A stretch of DNA of 64,000 bases from Hypanus sabinus (Eukaryota): NCBI RefSeq assembly GCF_030144855.1, contig NC_082731.1:20026001-20090000 (forward strand), read 5' to 3'. Under the pieces are notes generated by a model, which was not told the DNA's origin, ran no database searches, and saw only the letters and a program-made list of their open reading frames with translations. Of this stretch, positions 39,207-52,400 are shown piece by piece. Each line of letters starts with the position of its first letter. The first letter of the stretch is position 1. Position numbers and translations under genes: made by a program.

Positions 39207-41576
39207 ATGTAGACAGCAGTACTTTTCACTGCATCTGGTCAATGAATTCTGGTCATTTCAGGTCAATGCATGCAGCTGGGAGTATTCTTCGCTGCTTCTT
39301 TGTATTGGTGACATTTAGGAAAATATTATCTTAATTACACCAAGGCACAAGGCTCTCTATCTCCCGTCTGTACTCTGACACATTGATATTCGCTATTAGG
39401 CCCAATATCGTGTTTTCATCGGCAAACCTGCAAATGGAGTCCGAGAGAATCTGGCCACGCAGGCATGGGTATATAGGAGAGTAACGTAGATGAATGATTA
39501 TTGAAATTTGTACACACCGTTGTTGGGAATAATCGAGTCAGAGGTGTTACTGCCGATCCCAACAGATCGCGTTCTGCTGGTCAGGAAGTCGAAGATCCAT
39601 TTACAGTGGGACGCATTGACTTCCAGGGTTCGGGGTTTGGTTTTGAGTTTGCTTTGAATTAGAGCTTAGAAGATAGAGCTGGTCAGTAAACAAAATTTTA
39701 AGTCATGTATCCTTCCTATTCAGATGCTCCAGGGATGAACGTAAAGCTATCTTTGTTTTAAATTGACGGCCCTTTATCCTGAGGCTATGCTATCCTGTCC
39801 TAGCATCCCCCTCCCATATGGAAAACATCCCTTCCATATCTACTCTCTAAGCCTTTCAACATTTGAAACTTTTCAATGAGATCCTTCCTTATTCTTCTAA
39901 ATTCCAGTGTGTGCAGATCTAGAACTGTCAAAGTTCCTCGGATGATAACTCTTCCATTCCCCGAATAATCCTTGTGAACCTCCTCTGAATTCTCTCCAAT
40001 GGCAGCATATTATGCTTAGATGAGGAGCCCAAAGCTGTTCACAATACTCAAAGTGAGACCTCACAAGTGTCCTATAAATCCTCAGGATTGCATCCTTACT
40101 CTTGTATTCTGGACCTCTTGAACTGAATGCTAATGCTGCAGTTGCCTTCTTACCGCCGATTCTACCTGCAAGTTAATATTATGGGTGTTCTACACAAGAA
40201 TTCCCAAGTCCCTTTGCATCCGTGCATCTCAGAGTTTTGGATTTTCTCCCGGTTTCGGAAATAGTCTGCACATTTATTTCTTCTACCAAAGTGATGACCA
40301 TGCGTTATCCAACTTTGTATTTCATTTGCCGCTCTCTTTTCCATTCTTCTAATCTGCCTAAGTGCTTCTGCAGCCTACCCGTTTCCTCAACACTACCTGC
40401 ACCTCCACCAATCTTCGCATCATCCGTCAACCTGGCAACGAAGCCATTCATTCCATCTTCTAAATCATTGATATTTATCATAAAGTGAAACTGCCCAAAA
40501 CCGACCCCTGCGGAACACCACCGGTCACTGGCAGCTAATCAGACAAAAGATCTTTTATTCCCACTCGCCGAATCCTACCAATCAGGCAATGATCTAACCA
40601 TGCCAGTAATAAGAAGTGTTCTTACCTTGGTAAGCAGCCTCCTGTGTGGCACCTTGTCAAAGCCGTTCTTCAAATCTAAATATACAACATCCGTTACATG
40701 TTTTTTAAAAATCTATTTTTCTTGTAATCTCACCATAAAATTCCATCGGGTTTGGCAGGTAAGATTTTCCCTTAAGGAAACCATGCCGTTATCGCCCTAT
40801 CTTGTCCTGTGTCACCCAGTACCCCATAAACCTATCCTTAATGATTGACTTCAAACACAGAGGTCAAGCTAACTGGTCTATAATTTCTTTTTTACCTTCG
40901 TCCTTCCTTAAAGAGTGGAGGGGCATTTGCAATTTTCTAGTCCTCTGCCACCATGCCAGCGTCTAATGATTTTTGAAGGATCATGACTAATGCTTCCGCA
41001 ATCCCTACCGCTACCTCTTACAGAAACCTAGTGTGCAGTTCGTCTGGTCTGGATGACTGATTACCCTTAGATCCTTCGGCATTTTGAGCAGCTTCTCCTT
41101 TGTAATTGCACTTGTAGTCACTTCTCTTCCCTCGCGCACTTTAACAGTTGGCACATGCTGGTGTATTCCACAGTGAAGACTGATGCAAAATATTCGCTCA
41201 CTTCAAAGGAAAACGTGTAAAAGTGGCTCAGAACAAAAGAGAAATGAAAAAAAGAGGGGAAAAGAGAAAAGAGAGAAGAGTCGGCAAACAGTTGAGAAAT
41301 TGATAAAGGGAGGGAAAGAAGCGAAGGAGAGAGGATGTGCGAAGGATTCAGACGACAAGACGAAGACGGGCGAGAAGGACCAACAGTGAGAAACTGAAAG
41401 AGTCTGTTAACACAGGCTTGTTCTGATTGGTCTCATAATCCTTTATCTGGAGTAAGTGACAAATAAGGTGCGAGAGACACGCCTCCTGTCTTCCATTTAG
41501 TCCCTGCTGGTCCTGTCGTGAAGTTATTACCTTCTTTCGAGTTACAATTTCATAAATTGATTGTAATGCAGACACC

Positions 41577-42008
41577 ATGTCTCCCCTGTGTTGGTTGCTG
41601 ATCCTAACGGCTGCTCTCCCTGGTGAGTCTCTGCCTGATCGGTTGGCGCGTGTCTTCCATGTTCAATGCGATCTGGCCCCGCTCACACTCTCTGGGATTT
41701 GTTACAGGTACGAGTGGGGCAATCTCGGTGACTCAGGACCAGAGGAAATTAATGATCGAAGAAGGTCAAACTGCGTCGCTGAGCTGCAGCTACTCGGAAA
41801 CGGGCAGAGCCTATCTGTGGTATGCTCAACATTCTGGAAAATCTCCGAAACTACTGTTGACAATATACAGCTCTGGAAACACGAAACTGTCTGAAGGCGT
41901 TTCGGTCAGGGTTTCAGGTTCTCTAAACAAAACCGGCCAGCGGTTTCATATGAGTATCTCCAAGACTGTTATGCCGGATTCCGCCCAGTATCTTTGCGCC
42001 GTGGAGCC
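41577..42008 (+). CDS. TRAV/TRDV: TCR alpha/delta-type V gene segment, family 1 (V3), apparently functional. Leader 41577-41622, intron 41623-41707, V exon 41708-42008
   Basis: Intact leader, splice sites, Cys23, Trp41 and Cys104 (DSAQYLCAVE). Confidence 0.93.
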
Positions 42009-42047
42009 CACAGTGTTCCAGCGTGACGGCGGATCAGGGCAAAAACT
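42009..42047 (+). promoter_or_regulatory. 23-bp-spacer RSS
   Basis: CACAGTG (42009-15), 23 nt, GCAAAAACT (42039-47). Confidence 0.93.
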
Positions 42048-43226
42048 CACCTTGAGTGTAGCGGGCGCTCGCTGCAGAGGACGCCCTGAGCCCCACCCAC
42101 AACATTAAACAAGGTCCGTCAATGGGACCCTGTCAACAATGTTCCCTCCCTGCAGTGGTGCTACTGAAGTCTGCAGCGCCGAGGAGCAAGTGATTCAATA
42201 CCCTCACTCAGCCGCTCCGACCACCACCTCTGTCCTCAGTGGCGTGTTCTTTACTTTTGGACTCGGCGGGGAGTACGGTGAGACATGTATATTCTGTGTC
42301 GATAGCGTTTTGAGGAAGAGATGATGGGGTGAGATTGTGATGATGTATGGCGGGATAGAGAGAGACTGACAGTGAGATAGAGAAAGGAATGTTGGTCAAA
42401 TGAGCAATATGCTGGATGAGAGAGAGGGAGGGAAGAGGAAACGCAGCGGAAAAAGAGTGCGAGCAACTGAAAGTTAGTGAGGGGGCCCAGAGAGTACACG
42501 AGAAATGGAAAAGGAAATCTGGAAAGAGAGGACAAAAGAGGGTTAAGGAAATAGCAAGGGAGAGGGATGAATGCGTGAAAAGCAGTGAGCGATGTAAGAG
42601 GAAGAAAGAAAAAGAGAAATAATGAATAGATGTATGGAAAGGAACGAGATAGAGAGCAGGAATGGGAGAGAAAAAGGATTAAAATCGAGAGTGAATGAAC
42701 GACATGACGAGGAAAGGAGAAAGGGCAGGACAGCGATGAGGAGTTTAGTAGAATAAGAAACGGAGGTGATCAAATGTCGTGCAAGTAGAAAAGGAATCAA
42801 GAGTTAGGGTGACGAACTGAGGAGATATCTAAATAAAGGCGGGTGAGACAAGGAGCGATACTGTGTGTGTGCTTGTTTGAAAGATAGAGATAGAGGCAGA
42901 CGACGAGAAAGGGAGAGGCAGATGGTTGCTTGAGAGCGAGTGAGTGAAATAGCAGATGAGTGGAAGTAGGAGAGACAACGCGAGGTGCGGCATTGAGAGA
43001 TAATAGGTTATAAAGACAAACAGAAAAAGGCAGACAAAATGCAGCAATACTAACTCTGACTGGGAACCGGAGCTTTTGTTCACACTGAATCGATTGACTG
43101 AGCAACGGCCCCAGTATTACACATCCTGAGAGGGGTAGCAGGACGGATCATATTCTGCAATATCGGTGAACGTAATTAGCCATTTGGAAGTAAGCTGCCT
43201 TTCGATCGAGCGGGGAGCCAGGCACC

Positions 43227-43602
43227 GTGTCTTCCCTCCGTTGTTTGGATTATATTGGTTGTCCTTTTCTTGAAGGAGCGAGTGGGCAAGATTCAGAGAC
43301 TCAGCGGTCGCCTGAATTAACGTTCGAGGAAGGACAGACCGCAGGACTGATCTGTAATTACAATGGCGTCGGTGCATTTTGATTGGTACATTTGTCATCT
43401 TGGGGAAACTCCAAACTACTTGCTGACGTTATATACCTCCGGATCGATGAAGTTGTCTGCAGAATCTCCAGTGAGATTTACCGCTGCTTTGTAGAGAGGC
43501 AGCAAGATGGCTTATTTGAAAATCTCCGGAGCTCTTGTGTCAGACTCCGCCGTCCTGTGGGGAACAATCCATGGCAAGGAGACTATGGCTTCCGATAAAA
43601 TA
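43227..43602 (+). pseudogene. Family-2 V pseudogene, duplicate of 34424
   Basis: Same inactivating lesions as the 34424 copy. Confidence 0.88.
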
Positions 43603-43689
43603 TGTCGTGGTGTGATGCAGTGAGCGGTCGCTAGAGGACGTGTTTTGCTAGAAAACTGGAAGTGGCTCACCAAAATATATACGAGGGTC

Positions 43690-43890
43690 ATGTGTTGGAC
43701 TTCCGAGGACGAAACTCAGTAGCAAAAGTCATCGGTCACGATGCCAGGTTGCTTGGACAGAAAATGGGCACTGGTTCCATTGAAATATCTCAGGTTGCGC
43801 CTGATTCTGCTGTGTATTTTTGTACGGGTGAGCACTCATTAATGCAGAGCGACTTCGGATCGGGCGAAAAGCTCACCCTGCTGATCGTGG
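43690..43890 (+). pseudogene. 3' half V relic (family 3) with degenerate RSS reading as FGSGEKLTL
   Basis: 'LDRK.HWFH*NISG' (frameshifted) then 'PDSAVYFCTGEHSLMQSDFGSGEKLTLL'. RSS homologue CTCATTA (43835-41), 23 nt, CGAAAAGCT (43865-73). No 5' half or leader seen. Confidence 0.8.
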
Positions 43891-44570
43891 GCGCCCTCGC
43901 CTCACCATTTCCTATTGAACATCGAGCACGTTCCCAATCAGGCGACAACACCGCCGCCTTGTTCAGTGGCTACTGGAAGTAGCAGGGGCAGAAGAACAAG
44001 AATTACAACACACACGGAGCCTCTAACATCAGTTTCCTACAAGGACTGGAGATAAACCTATTCCTACGCAAAACTTTGCGAATAAGAAATAACTGCAACA
44101 ATCTGAGCAAAAGTGGAAATAGATAGGAACAGGTATCTGGCGGGGTAAAGAAGGTGGTAAAATTGATTGAGAATGTTAGAGAGGGAGTAAGTGTATGAAA
44201 GAGCGATACGTGGAGAACAATGAGAAAGCGAGAACGATGATGGTTGAAAAAGCAGTATGTAGAGCGAGAGGGATGGGTAGAACGCGGGAGAATAAGGATA
44301 AAATTAAATGTTTACGTTGTAAGGAACCATACAAATGCCTTATAACTGTTGTCAGTGAGCCTGGTGGTGCGTGATTTCAGGGTTTGTATTAGCTGCCGAT
44401 ATCAAAGAGTCAGAAGAGAGAATGGCTGGAATGGGTGAAGTCTTTAATTATGCTGACTATTTTAAGATGGGGAGGGGAGTACCGTGGTGTACTGTGCGGT
44501 GTCCTCGACAGTTTGCATTGGGGTCTCTGTGAGCCCAACAGGGGGGCCCGACTGTCGCCTCTGTCTACAC

Positions 44571-45620
44571 CAGGGGTGGGCAAACCTTTTGACTTGTGGG
44601 CCACAAAGGGTTCTACAATCTGACAGAGGGGCCGGACCAGGAGCAGATGGACGGAGTGGTTTGGTAATACACCTCATAAGAGAAAATAAAATATCATGGG
44701 ATATATAGAAAACATGTGCTTTAATTTCAATTGAAAATGAACAAATGCATTACAACAAAATATCTGTCTTTGAAGTCTCATGGTATTTAGCTATTTATTG
44801 AAATGACTTTTAAAACACTGAAAATTAAATAAATAAAATACAGCTTTTTTAAATAGTAACAGTTATTATTTTAAAGCACTGAAAATTCTGTTATTCTTCA
44901 AGATATTATCATCATCACTCTCCTCCTGACTGTCTTTATTTCAATAACGGTAGGAAATGCAGGTCTACTTGTCTTGCTCCTTCTTATTCAATTGTCCCCT
45001 GTGCCAAAACTCAACAACGACCAGCACAAGGAGAGAACAGTGACAGCGTGCCAGTATGCGGGGCGCGTTATTTGATCTGGAGCGCATTTTTTATTTTGAG
45101 AACGTACGTGCACCTGCGCACTACTCATGTCCATCACTTAACAGAAATGACATGTAACATGTAAGGCTTATTGAAAAAATATTTTCAAATGCATTTTTTA
45201 CATAACACAACGAAGAAACTTATTTTTAATTTCAGTGGGAACAGTGTTGTTGGTCTCCCTTTTTAGCCAGCGCATCAAAGTCTGGATTTAGTTTTGTTGT
45301 GGCGATTCTCAGGATGGATCTGAGGTGTTGGTCAGTTAACTTGGATCTGTGGCTGGCTTTGTTGATGTTCATGACGCTGAACGCCTGTTCACACAAATAG
45401 GTCGAGCCGAACAAAGAGTAAAGCGCAAATGTGGAGTAATACGCTGCACCTCAACAAAGGTCAATGTATATAGAGTGCGTCATCTATTGGGAAAACGCCA
45501 GAATTGCGAGGAAAAAACGTTAACAATGTTTATTAATATAATTTCATCAAGTTCTGCGGGCCGAATTAAAAAGCTTAACGGGCCGCATATGGCCCCCGGG
45601 CCGTAGTTTGCCCATGCCCG
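44571..45620 (-). mobile_element. Internally deleted hAT (Charlie-type) DNA transposon
   Basis: Imperfect TIRs CAGGGGTGGGCAAAC / GTTTGCCCATGCCCG. 8-bp TSD GTCTACAC (44563-70, 45621-28). Transposase C-terminus 'FGSTYLCEQAFSVMN...RSKLTDQHL' (45232-45414). Empty site near 34972. Confidence 0.93.
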
Positions 45621-48600
45621 GTCTACACCCATGACTGTGTGGCTAGGCACAAATGAAATATGTTTGCTGACGATTCAACTATTGTTGGGAGAATTTCATA
45701 TAGTGACGAAAGGGCGTCCAAGAGAGAGATATATCAGCTTGTGGAGCTGTCTCACAGCTACAAACTTGGACTCAATTTGTAGAAATGATAGATTTCTAGA
45801 AATCTATCGCAGAGAACATTCTAACTGGCGGCATCACTGTCAGGTATAAGACCATAAGGCCATAAGACACAGGAGCAGTATTAGGCCATTCAACCCGTCG
45901 AATCTGCTTGGCCATTCCATAATAGCTGATTCCAGATTCCATTCAACCCCATTCAGCTTCCTTCTCGCCATATCTTTTGATGCCCTGACCAATCACTAAT
46001 GAACAACTTCCGCCTTCAATATACTCATGGACTTGGCCTCCACCACAGTCCATGGAAGAACATTCCACAGATTCACTTCTCTCTGCTAAATAAATCCCCT
46101 CATACCTCTGTTCTGAATGGTTACCCTACAATTCTGAGGCTGTGCCCCGTAGTTCTGGATACTCCTTACCATAGGAAGCATCTTCTCTATATCCAGCCTG
46201 TCTACTCCTTTTAGCATTCAGTTGGGTTAAATGAGATCTCTCCGCATTCCTTTAAATTCCTGCGAGTACAGACCCAAAGCTGTCAACCGCTCCTCATATG
46301 TCAACCCCTTCATTCCCAGAATCATCCCCGTAAAACCGCCCAGCACTCCATCCAATGAGAGCAGATACTTTCTGAGATATGGAGTCCAGAACTTGACAAT
46401 ATACTAGGTGCGGCCTGATTAGGGTCTTATAAATGCTTAGAGTTATCTCCTTGTTTTTATATTCTATAAACCTTGAAATAAATGCCAACCATTCCATTTG
46501 CCTTCTTTACCTCAGACTCGACCTGTATATTAACTTTCAGGGAGTCTTGAACGAGGACTCCTAAGTCGCTTCGCACCCCTGCTGATTGAAACTTCTCTCC
46601 ATTTAGATAATGGTTTGCACTGCTGTTCGTTTTGCCAAAATGAATTATACATTTCCTAACACTGTATTCCATCTGCTACTTTTTGTCCATTCTTCCAATT
46701 TGTCTGTCCTGCTGCAATCGCACAGCTTCCTCAGCACTTCTACTCCTCGACCTATCTTCGTATCATCCTCAAACTTTGCCACAAAGCCATCAATTGCATT
46801 ATCTAAATCACTGACAAACAATGTGAAAAGTAGCGGTCCCAATACTGACTCGGAGGAACAACACAAGTCACCCGCAGCCAATCAGAAAAGGTCCATTTTA
46901 TTCCCACTCGCTGCGTCCTGCCTGTCAGCCTAAGAAGGTGTGTCTGTACCTTTCCTGTAATGTCATAGGCGTTTATCTCGTTAAGCAGTCATGTGTAGCA
47001 ACTAATCCAACGTCTTCTGAAAATCCAAGTAAATAACATCCGCCGCCTCTCCTTTATCCACCCTGCTTGTTACCTCCTCGAAGAACTCTAACAAAATTTT
47101 TAGACAAAATTTCCTTTTACAGAAACCTTGCTGATATTGACTTATTTTATCATTAGTCTCCAAGCACCCCGAAACCTCATCCTTAATAAATGACACCAAC
47201 AGATTCCCGCCACTGAGCTTAGGCTAGCTAACCAATTACTTCTTTTCTTTTGACTTTCTCCGTTCTTAAACAGTGGTGAAATTTACATTCTTCTGGTGAT
47301 TATTGAAAGATCATACCCAATGTATCCGTTATCTCTTCAGCGACGTCTCGGAGGAATCTGGATTGTAGTCTATCTGGTCCAGGAGACTTATACATCTTAA
47401 GGGCACTTTCCCCTTTGTAATAACAATGGCAGTCACGCCTGTTCATCCTTCCTCTTTTTATAGCCTTTTTGGTCTTTCTTTGGACTATAAATTCTTCCTA
47501 ATCATTCAACTTCCTACTCATTTTTGCTACCTTATAATCCCTTTCCTTGGCTTTTATGCAGTCCTTAACTTCCTTTGTCAGCCAAGGTTGCCCCGCCTTT
47601 GCCATTTGAGAACTTCCCCTGTGAAGACATATCTATACAGTGCCTTGTGAACTATTCCCAAAAACTTTAGCCATCTCTGCTCTGCCGTCATCGCCGGCAG
47701 TATCCTTCTGTAATCGTAAATGAGCCTCCTCCAAGGGTCCCTAATAAGATCTGGGTTATTACATAACGCCCAATCGAAGATAGCCTTTCCCCGAATAGGT
47801 TCAAGCACAAGCAACTTTAAAAACCATCTTGTAGATATTCAACAAATTCCCACTCTTACGATCCGACATCAACCTAATTTTCCCAATCCCCTTGTATATT
47901 GAAGTCCGCCATTATAATTGTGTCATTATCATTATTATATGTATTTTACATCTCCCTCTGCAATCTCAGCTCTACATCTTGGTTACATTTTTGAGGCCAA
48001 TATCTGATGTCCATAAAGCTTTTGTTACTCATTCAAATTCCACATCTGACATCCAGAACAGGCACCCCCTATTCTCTTAAGATTTCAGTAAGAAATAAGG
48101 AATGGACTTAGCTACTTAACTTGCCTCTGCCTGTAGTCGCCGAAGCCCTCTTGATCCAAAGCATTACTACTCTGCCCCAGACTATTCCGACGACGAACGC
48201 TCCTATTATAACTGATCCACTAGGCGGAACCCTTCTTTTATAGAGTCTGTGATTTTATTCTCTTTGCCTGACCTATTGCGTCTGTGGAGTACTCCAGTCA
48301 AGGATGGTATCAGGGCTCCTGCAAAGGAACGAAATAATCTGTATGGAATTGCAGACTTAGTAAGCTTCACCACGGCTACTTGCTACCGTCGTATCCAGGA
48401 CATCGTGAAGAGGTGATACCTCAGAAAGGCGGTATCAATCATTAAAGATCTCCATGACCTGTGTCCATTCCTGCCATCTTGATGGAGGTACAGGAGACTG
48501 ACAAGGAGGACACTCAACGATTTCTTCCCATCTGCAATCCGATTTCTGAATTAACACTAATTTATACTAATTTCTGAATTTATACTAATTATTTAATGCA

Positions 48601-49449
48601 ACTATTACACAACGCTGTTCCAAATAGTGCTATACGAGGTCATTCTTAACATCAGCCATTCGGCTCTATTATGAGTCAACCTATAAACGCGGGAGTGATG
48701 ACCCCCTCCTTCCTGTTGGACTGTTTGTGGTCTTTTGTTTATCGTTTCTATTTGCTGCTAATATTAACTTCTGTGCACTTCCCACTGTGACATGGTCATT
48801 TCCTTTGAGTTCAAGAAAGTATCTGTCTACCAATCTATCCATCTATCTATATACATATATATGTATTGTAATTCACAACTTAATTTCCCTGTTACAGATT
48901 GCAATTTATTGCTGCCGTAAAGACAACAAATTTCGCGACATATGCCGGTGATAGTAAACCTGATTCTGAAGTCAGTGAGAAGCTGTCTATGAGCCTGGAG
49001 ACACATACTTTCAGGGTACTTTTATCTTCTACTTTTACTTTTATCAAATTGGAAGTGGAGAATAGCGAACGTATGGCTAGGTGAGCTGTGGTTATGCTAG
49101 CTTCTTCAGCGAAACACCAAAAAGTGTGAACAGAGTCCATGAGGGGAAAGGTTGGGTTTCGTGATGCTCTGAGCTGTGCCGAATCTCTGTAGCTTCTTGT
49201 GGTCACACGCAGAGCCGTTCCCGTACCAAGCCGCAATGCATCTACGTTTGTAAATAGGATGCTTTATGTGATGTGTAGATAAAAATTGGCGAAACTCGAA
49301 GAGGATATAGCGATTTTTGTTAGAATATTAATGACATTCACTCCAAGGACCTTGAAGCTATGAAGTTTCGCGGTCCCAGCACCCTGTACGTAGACAGCAG
49401 AATTTTTCACTACAGTTGATCAATGATCTGCTCCTTTTTATTGCCGACA

Positions 49450-52400
49450 TTCAGGAAAATATTATCTTCATTACACCAAGGCACAAGGCTCTTTATCTCC
49501 CGTCTGTACTCTGACACATTGATATTCGCTATTAGGCCCAATATCGTGTTTTCATCGGCAAACCTGCAAATGGAGTTCGAGAGAATCTAGCCACGCAGGC
49601 ATGGGTATACAGGAGAGTAATATAGATGAAGGATGATTGCAATTCGTGGGCGCCGTTGGTGGGAATAATCGAGTCAGAGGTGCTACAACAAATCCCAGCT
49701 GACTGCGACCTGTTGGTCAGGAAGTCGAGGATCCATTTACGGTGGGAAGCATTGATTTCCAGGGTTTGGCGTTTGGTGCTGAGTTTGTTTTGAATTGTAG
49801 CATAGCAGATGGAGTTGAAGTCAGTAAACAAAAGTTTATGTTATGTGTCCTTCCTGTTCAGATGCTCCAGAGATGAACGTAGAGCCAAGATGATTACGTC
49901 CAACATGGACCACATTCAGCAGAAGGCGAATTACATGGGTCGAGGATTTTCGGGGGGCTGGTGTTAATGAATGCCATGGTAAGGCTCCCGTAACAGTTCT
50001 TTACATCCGGTCGAGATGGCGCCGTGCTACGTTCCCCTTCCAGGTCGTGGCTCAGATCTAGTTTTTCTTTTGGTTTCGTAGGGAAGGTTCTGGCGGCAAA
50101 ATGGAGAGTTCTGGATCAGCTTAGGATCCAGCGAAATTGAATGCGGCTGGAGAGCCCAGGTTGGAGCTCTCCATGGAACTCCGAACTCCGCAGGAAGCCT
50201 GGAGTTCGCTTTCCCGCCTTTGACGAGCATTGGGGTTGATTCTGAAGGTCAAAGGCCGAGGTCCAGAAGTAGAGACCCGATGGAAGAAGCCCAGGGCAAG
50301 TCTCTGAGTCCAATGGGGAATTTGGAGGCCCGATGTCTTAGAGCCCACTGGAGATTCAAGCCTGCAGGTGGTCTGTTCTGGGGTTGGAGACCTCTCTGAA
50401 TGTGAATAGGTGTGGGAGGGCGGCAAGGTTTATTTTGCTGCTGTTACCTGTAGACTGTAAAATATCTTAAGGAACACGTGCAAAAAGCTGAAGGAACTCA
50501 GCAAGTTCATCAACACCTTGAGAGATGTTCATCGACAGTTTACATCGGTCCATGGATTCTGCCTGATTTGATGCGTTCCTCCAGTATTTTGTGCGAGCTA
50601 TTAAGGAAGGTCACGTTGAAGTTCTTCGGGAACGTGCTGGCAGATGTCTTCTTAAAGCAGGTTGCAGCAGAGATAATTAGAACTGTTTGCAACATAGTGA
50701 AGTGTGTTGAGGACCGCAACGCTACTAAAAACACCTCAGCGATAGCAAATCCAAAGCCATGTATGACGGCACGGGTGGCGGAGAAATCAGAATGCTGCCT
50801 TCAGATCGGCGGGGGAAGGGTGGTCACGACAGCTAGAGCTGCACTTTCCCGCGCCCTCGGGATTATTCACAGAGAAAATACAGCCATGTCTGCGACACCT
50901 GAGGCAGGAGGAGCATGTGCCAGGGCTTGTGTAACGGACTCCTATGCACTCCGCGTGTCAGGAACAGTGACGCTTGTCTTTATGATAGGCTGAATGTCTT
51001 CGCCAATCGATTTGATACACGGAACCAAGTGCCGGCGAGGAAAGCGCCAGCTGCCCCCGTGGAGCAGGCGCTCTGTCAGCCCGCAGCTGATGTGAGGGAT
51101 ACAGTCTTTGCTAACCCACGTAACGCTGCAGGGTCTGCTGACATCCCGGATCGGGTGCTGAGGGACAGCTCATCCCAGTTGACAGATGTTCATTGAGAGA
51201 CTTTTTATAGATCGCATTAAATCGCAACGACCTGTTGAAGTGGACCATTTTCAAGTCCCATTACGCTCACATATGCCCATTGACGACGCCATAGCCTCCA
51301 CATTCCACTCCTGACTGTCCCACCAAGAACCCGAAGCCTCATATGTCAGGATTCTGTTCATTGACTTCAGCTCGACGTTTAATAGGATCATCCCTCAGGA
51401 GCTGGTGGGTAATTTGCCTTCGATGGGTTTCAGCACCTCTCTCTGAAACTGGATCCGGGACTTCCTGACAGAAAGGCTACAGACAGTCCGTGTTGGCAGA
51501 ATCACCCCCCAGCTGCATCACGCTGATCACCGGCGCTGTCCAGGGTTCCCTCGGCAGCCCGCTTCTATTCACCCTGCGGACGCATGGCTGCACTGCTAGA
51601 TCCACTTCGAACAGAATCATGAACTTTGGTAATGATAACACAGTGGTCAGCGTCGTCAACGACGAGGAAAATTCAGCGTACAAAGAGCAGATAAAGCGAT
51701 TGGTTGAAATGTGCGAACATAACAATTTGAGTCTCAAGATGGAGAAGGCCAAAGAGATGATTGTGGACTTCAGGAGGATGCAGGCCAAAAAATCCTCATT
51801 GCACAAGAACGAATCCACCATGGAGAGAGTCAGGAATGCCAAGGTTCTGGAAATGCACATAATGGCCGATCTTTCAGCACGACCTCTCTGGTCAGAAAGA
51901 CACAAAAAGTGTCTTCACTTCATGAGGGGATGAGGCGTGCGAGGTTCCCACCGCCTATTTTAACCATTGTTTATAGAAGCACCGCAGAGAGTGTTCAGTC
52001 GAGCTGCATCCCCAGCTTGCATGGGAATTTCAAGTCCCTACAAAAGGTTGCAGACACTGCGGAGAGGCACATCGGCGCCTTTCTTCCATCAATTTTAGAT
52101 ATTTATGAGGAAGCTGTGTACCTGGGCTGTTTACATTGCCAATGATCCCTCCCATCCGCTCAAAAATATCTTCAATCCCCTATCTTCAGGGATAGGTACC
52201 GTAGAATTACAAAATAACTTTTAAAATGAGAAACAGCTTCTTTGTCCACGGCATAACAGTAATGAACTCCTTGGCACCACGTAAGCATCTCATCATCCGG
52301 TCTCATTACACCAGTAGCATTTTACGCTCTACCCTTTGAATTTGTATCTTATATTTATTAATTTATTTGAAATAATATTACTCTATGTGTTATATGTGTG

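Larger units (their letters stand above)
23853..49890 (+). repeat. Direct tandem segmental duplication, ~9-kb core unit x2 (junction near 39747)
   Basis: 23853-39747 and 39747-49890 are colinear once the CR1 (7.2 kb), SINE, hAT and a ~0.8-kb deletion are accounted for. 14645-18930 and 60740-63600 are further partial copies. Confidence 0.85.

Noticed and set aside
43662-43982. 106-aa ORF as an intact joined VJ gene
   Set aside because: Only the part from 'PDSAVYFC' is in the V frame; upstream homology is frameshifted with a stop, and Cys23, Trp41 and leader are absent. Kept only as a relic.
50478-50993. 171-aa ORF as a novel gene
   Set aside because: Begins in a retroelement tail and runs into Rex/L2 relic sequence; no domain motif recognised.
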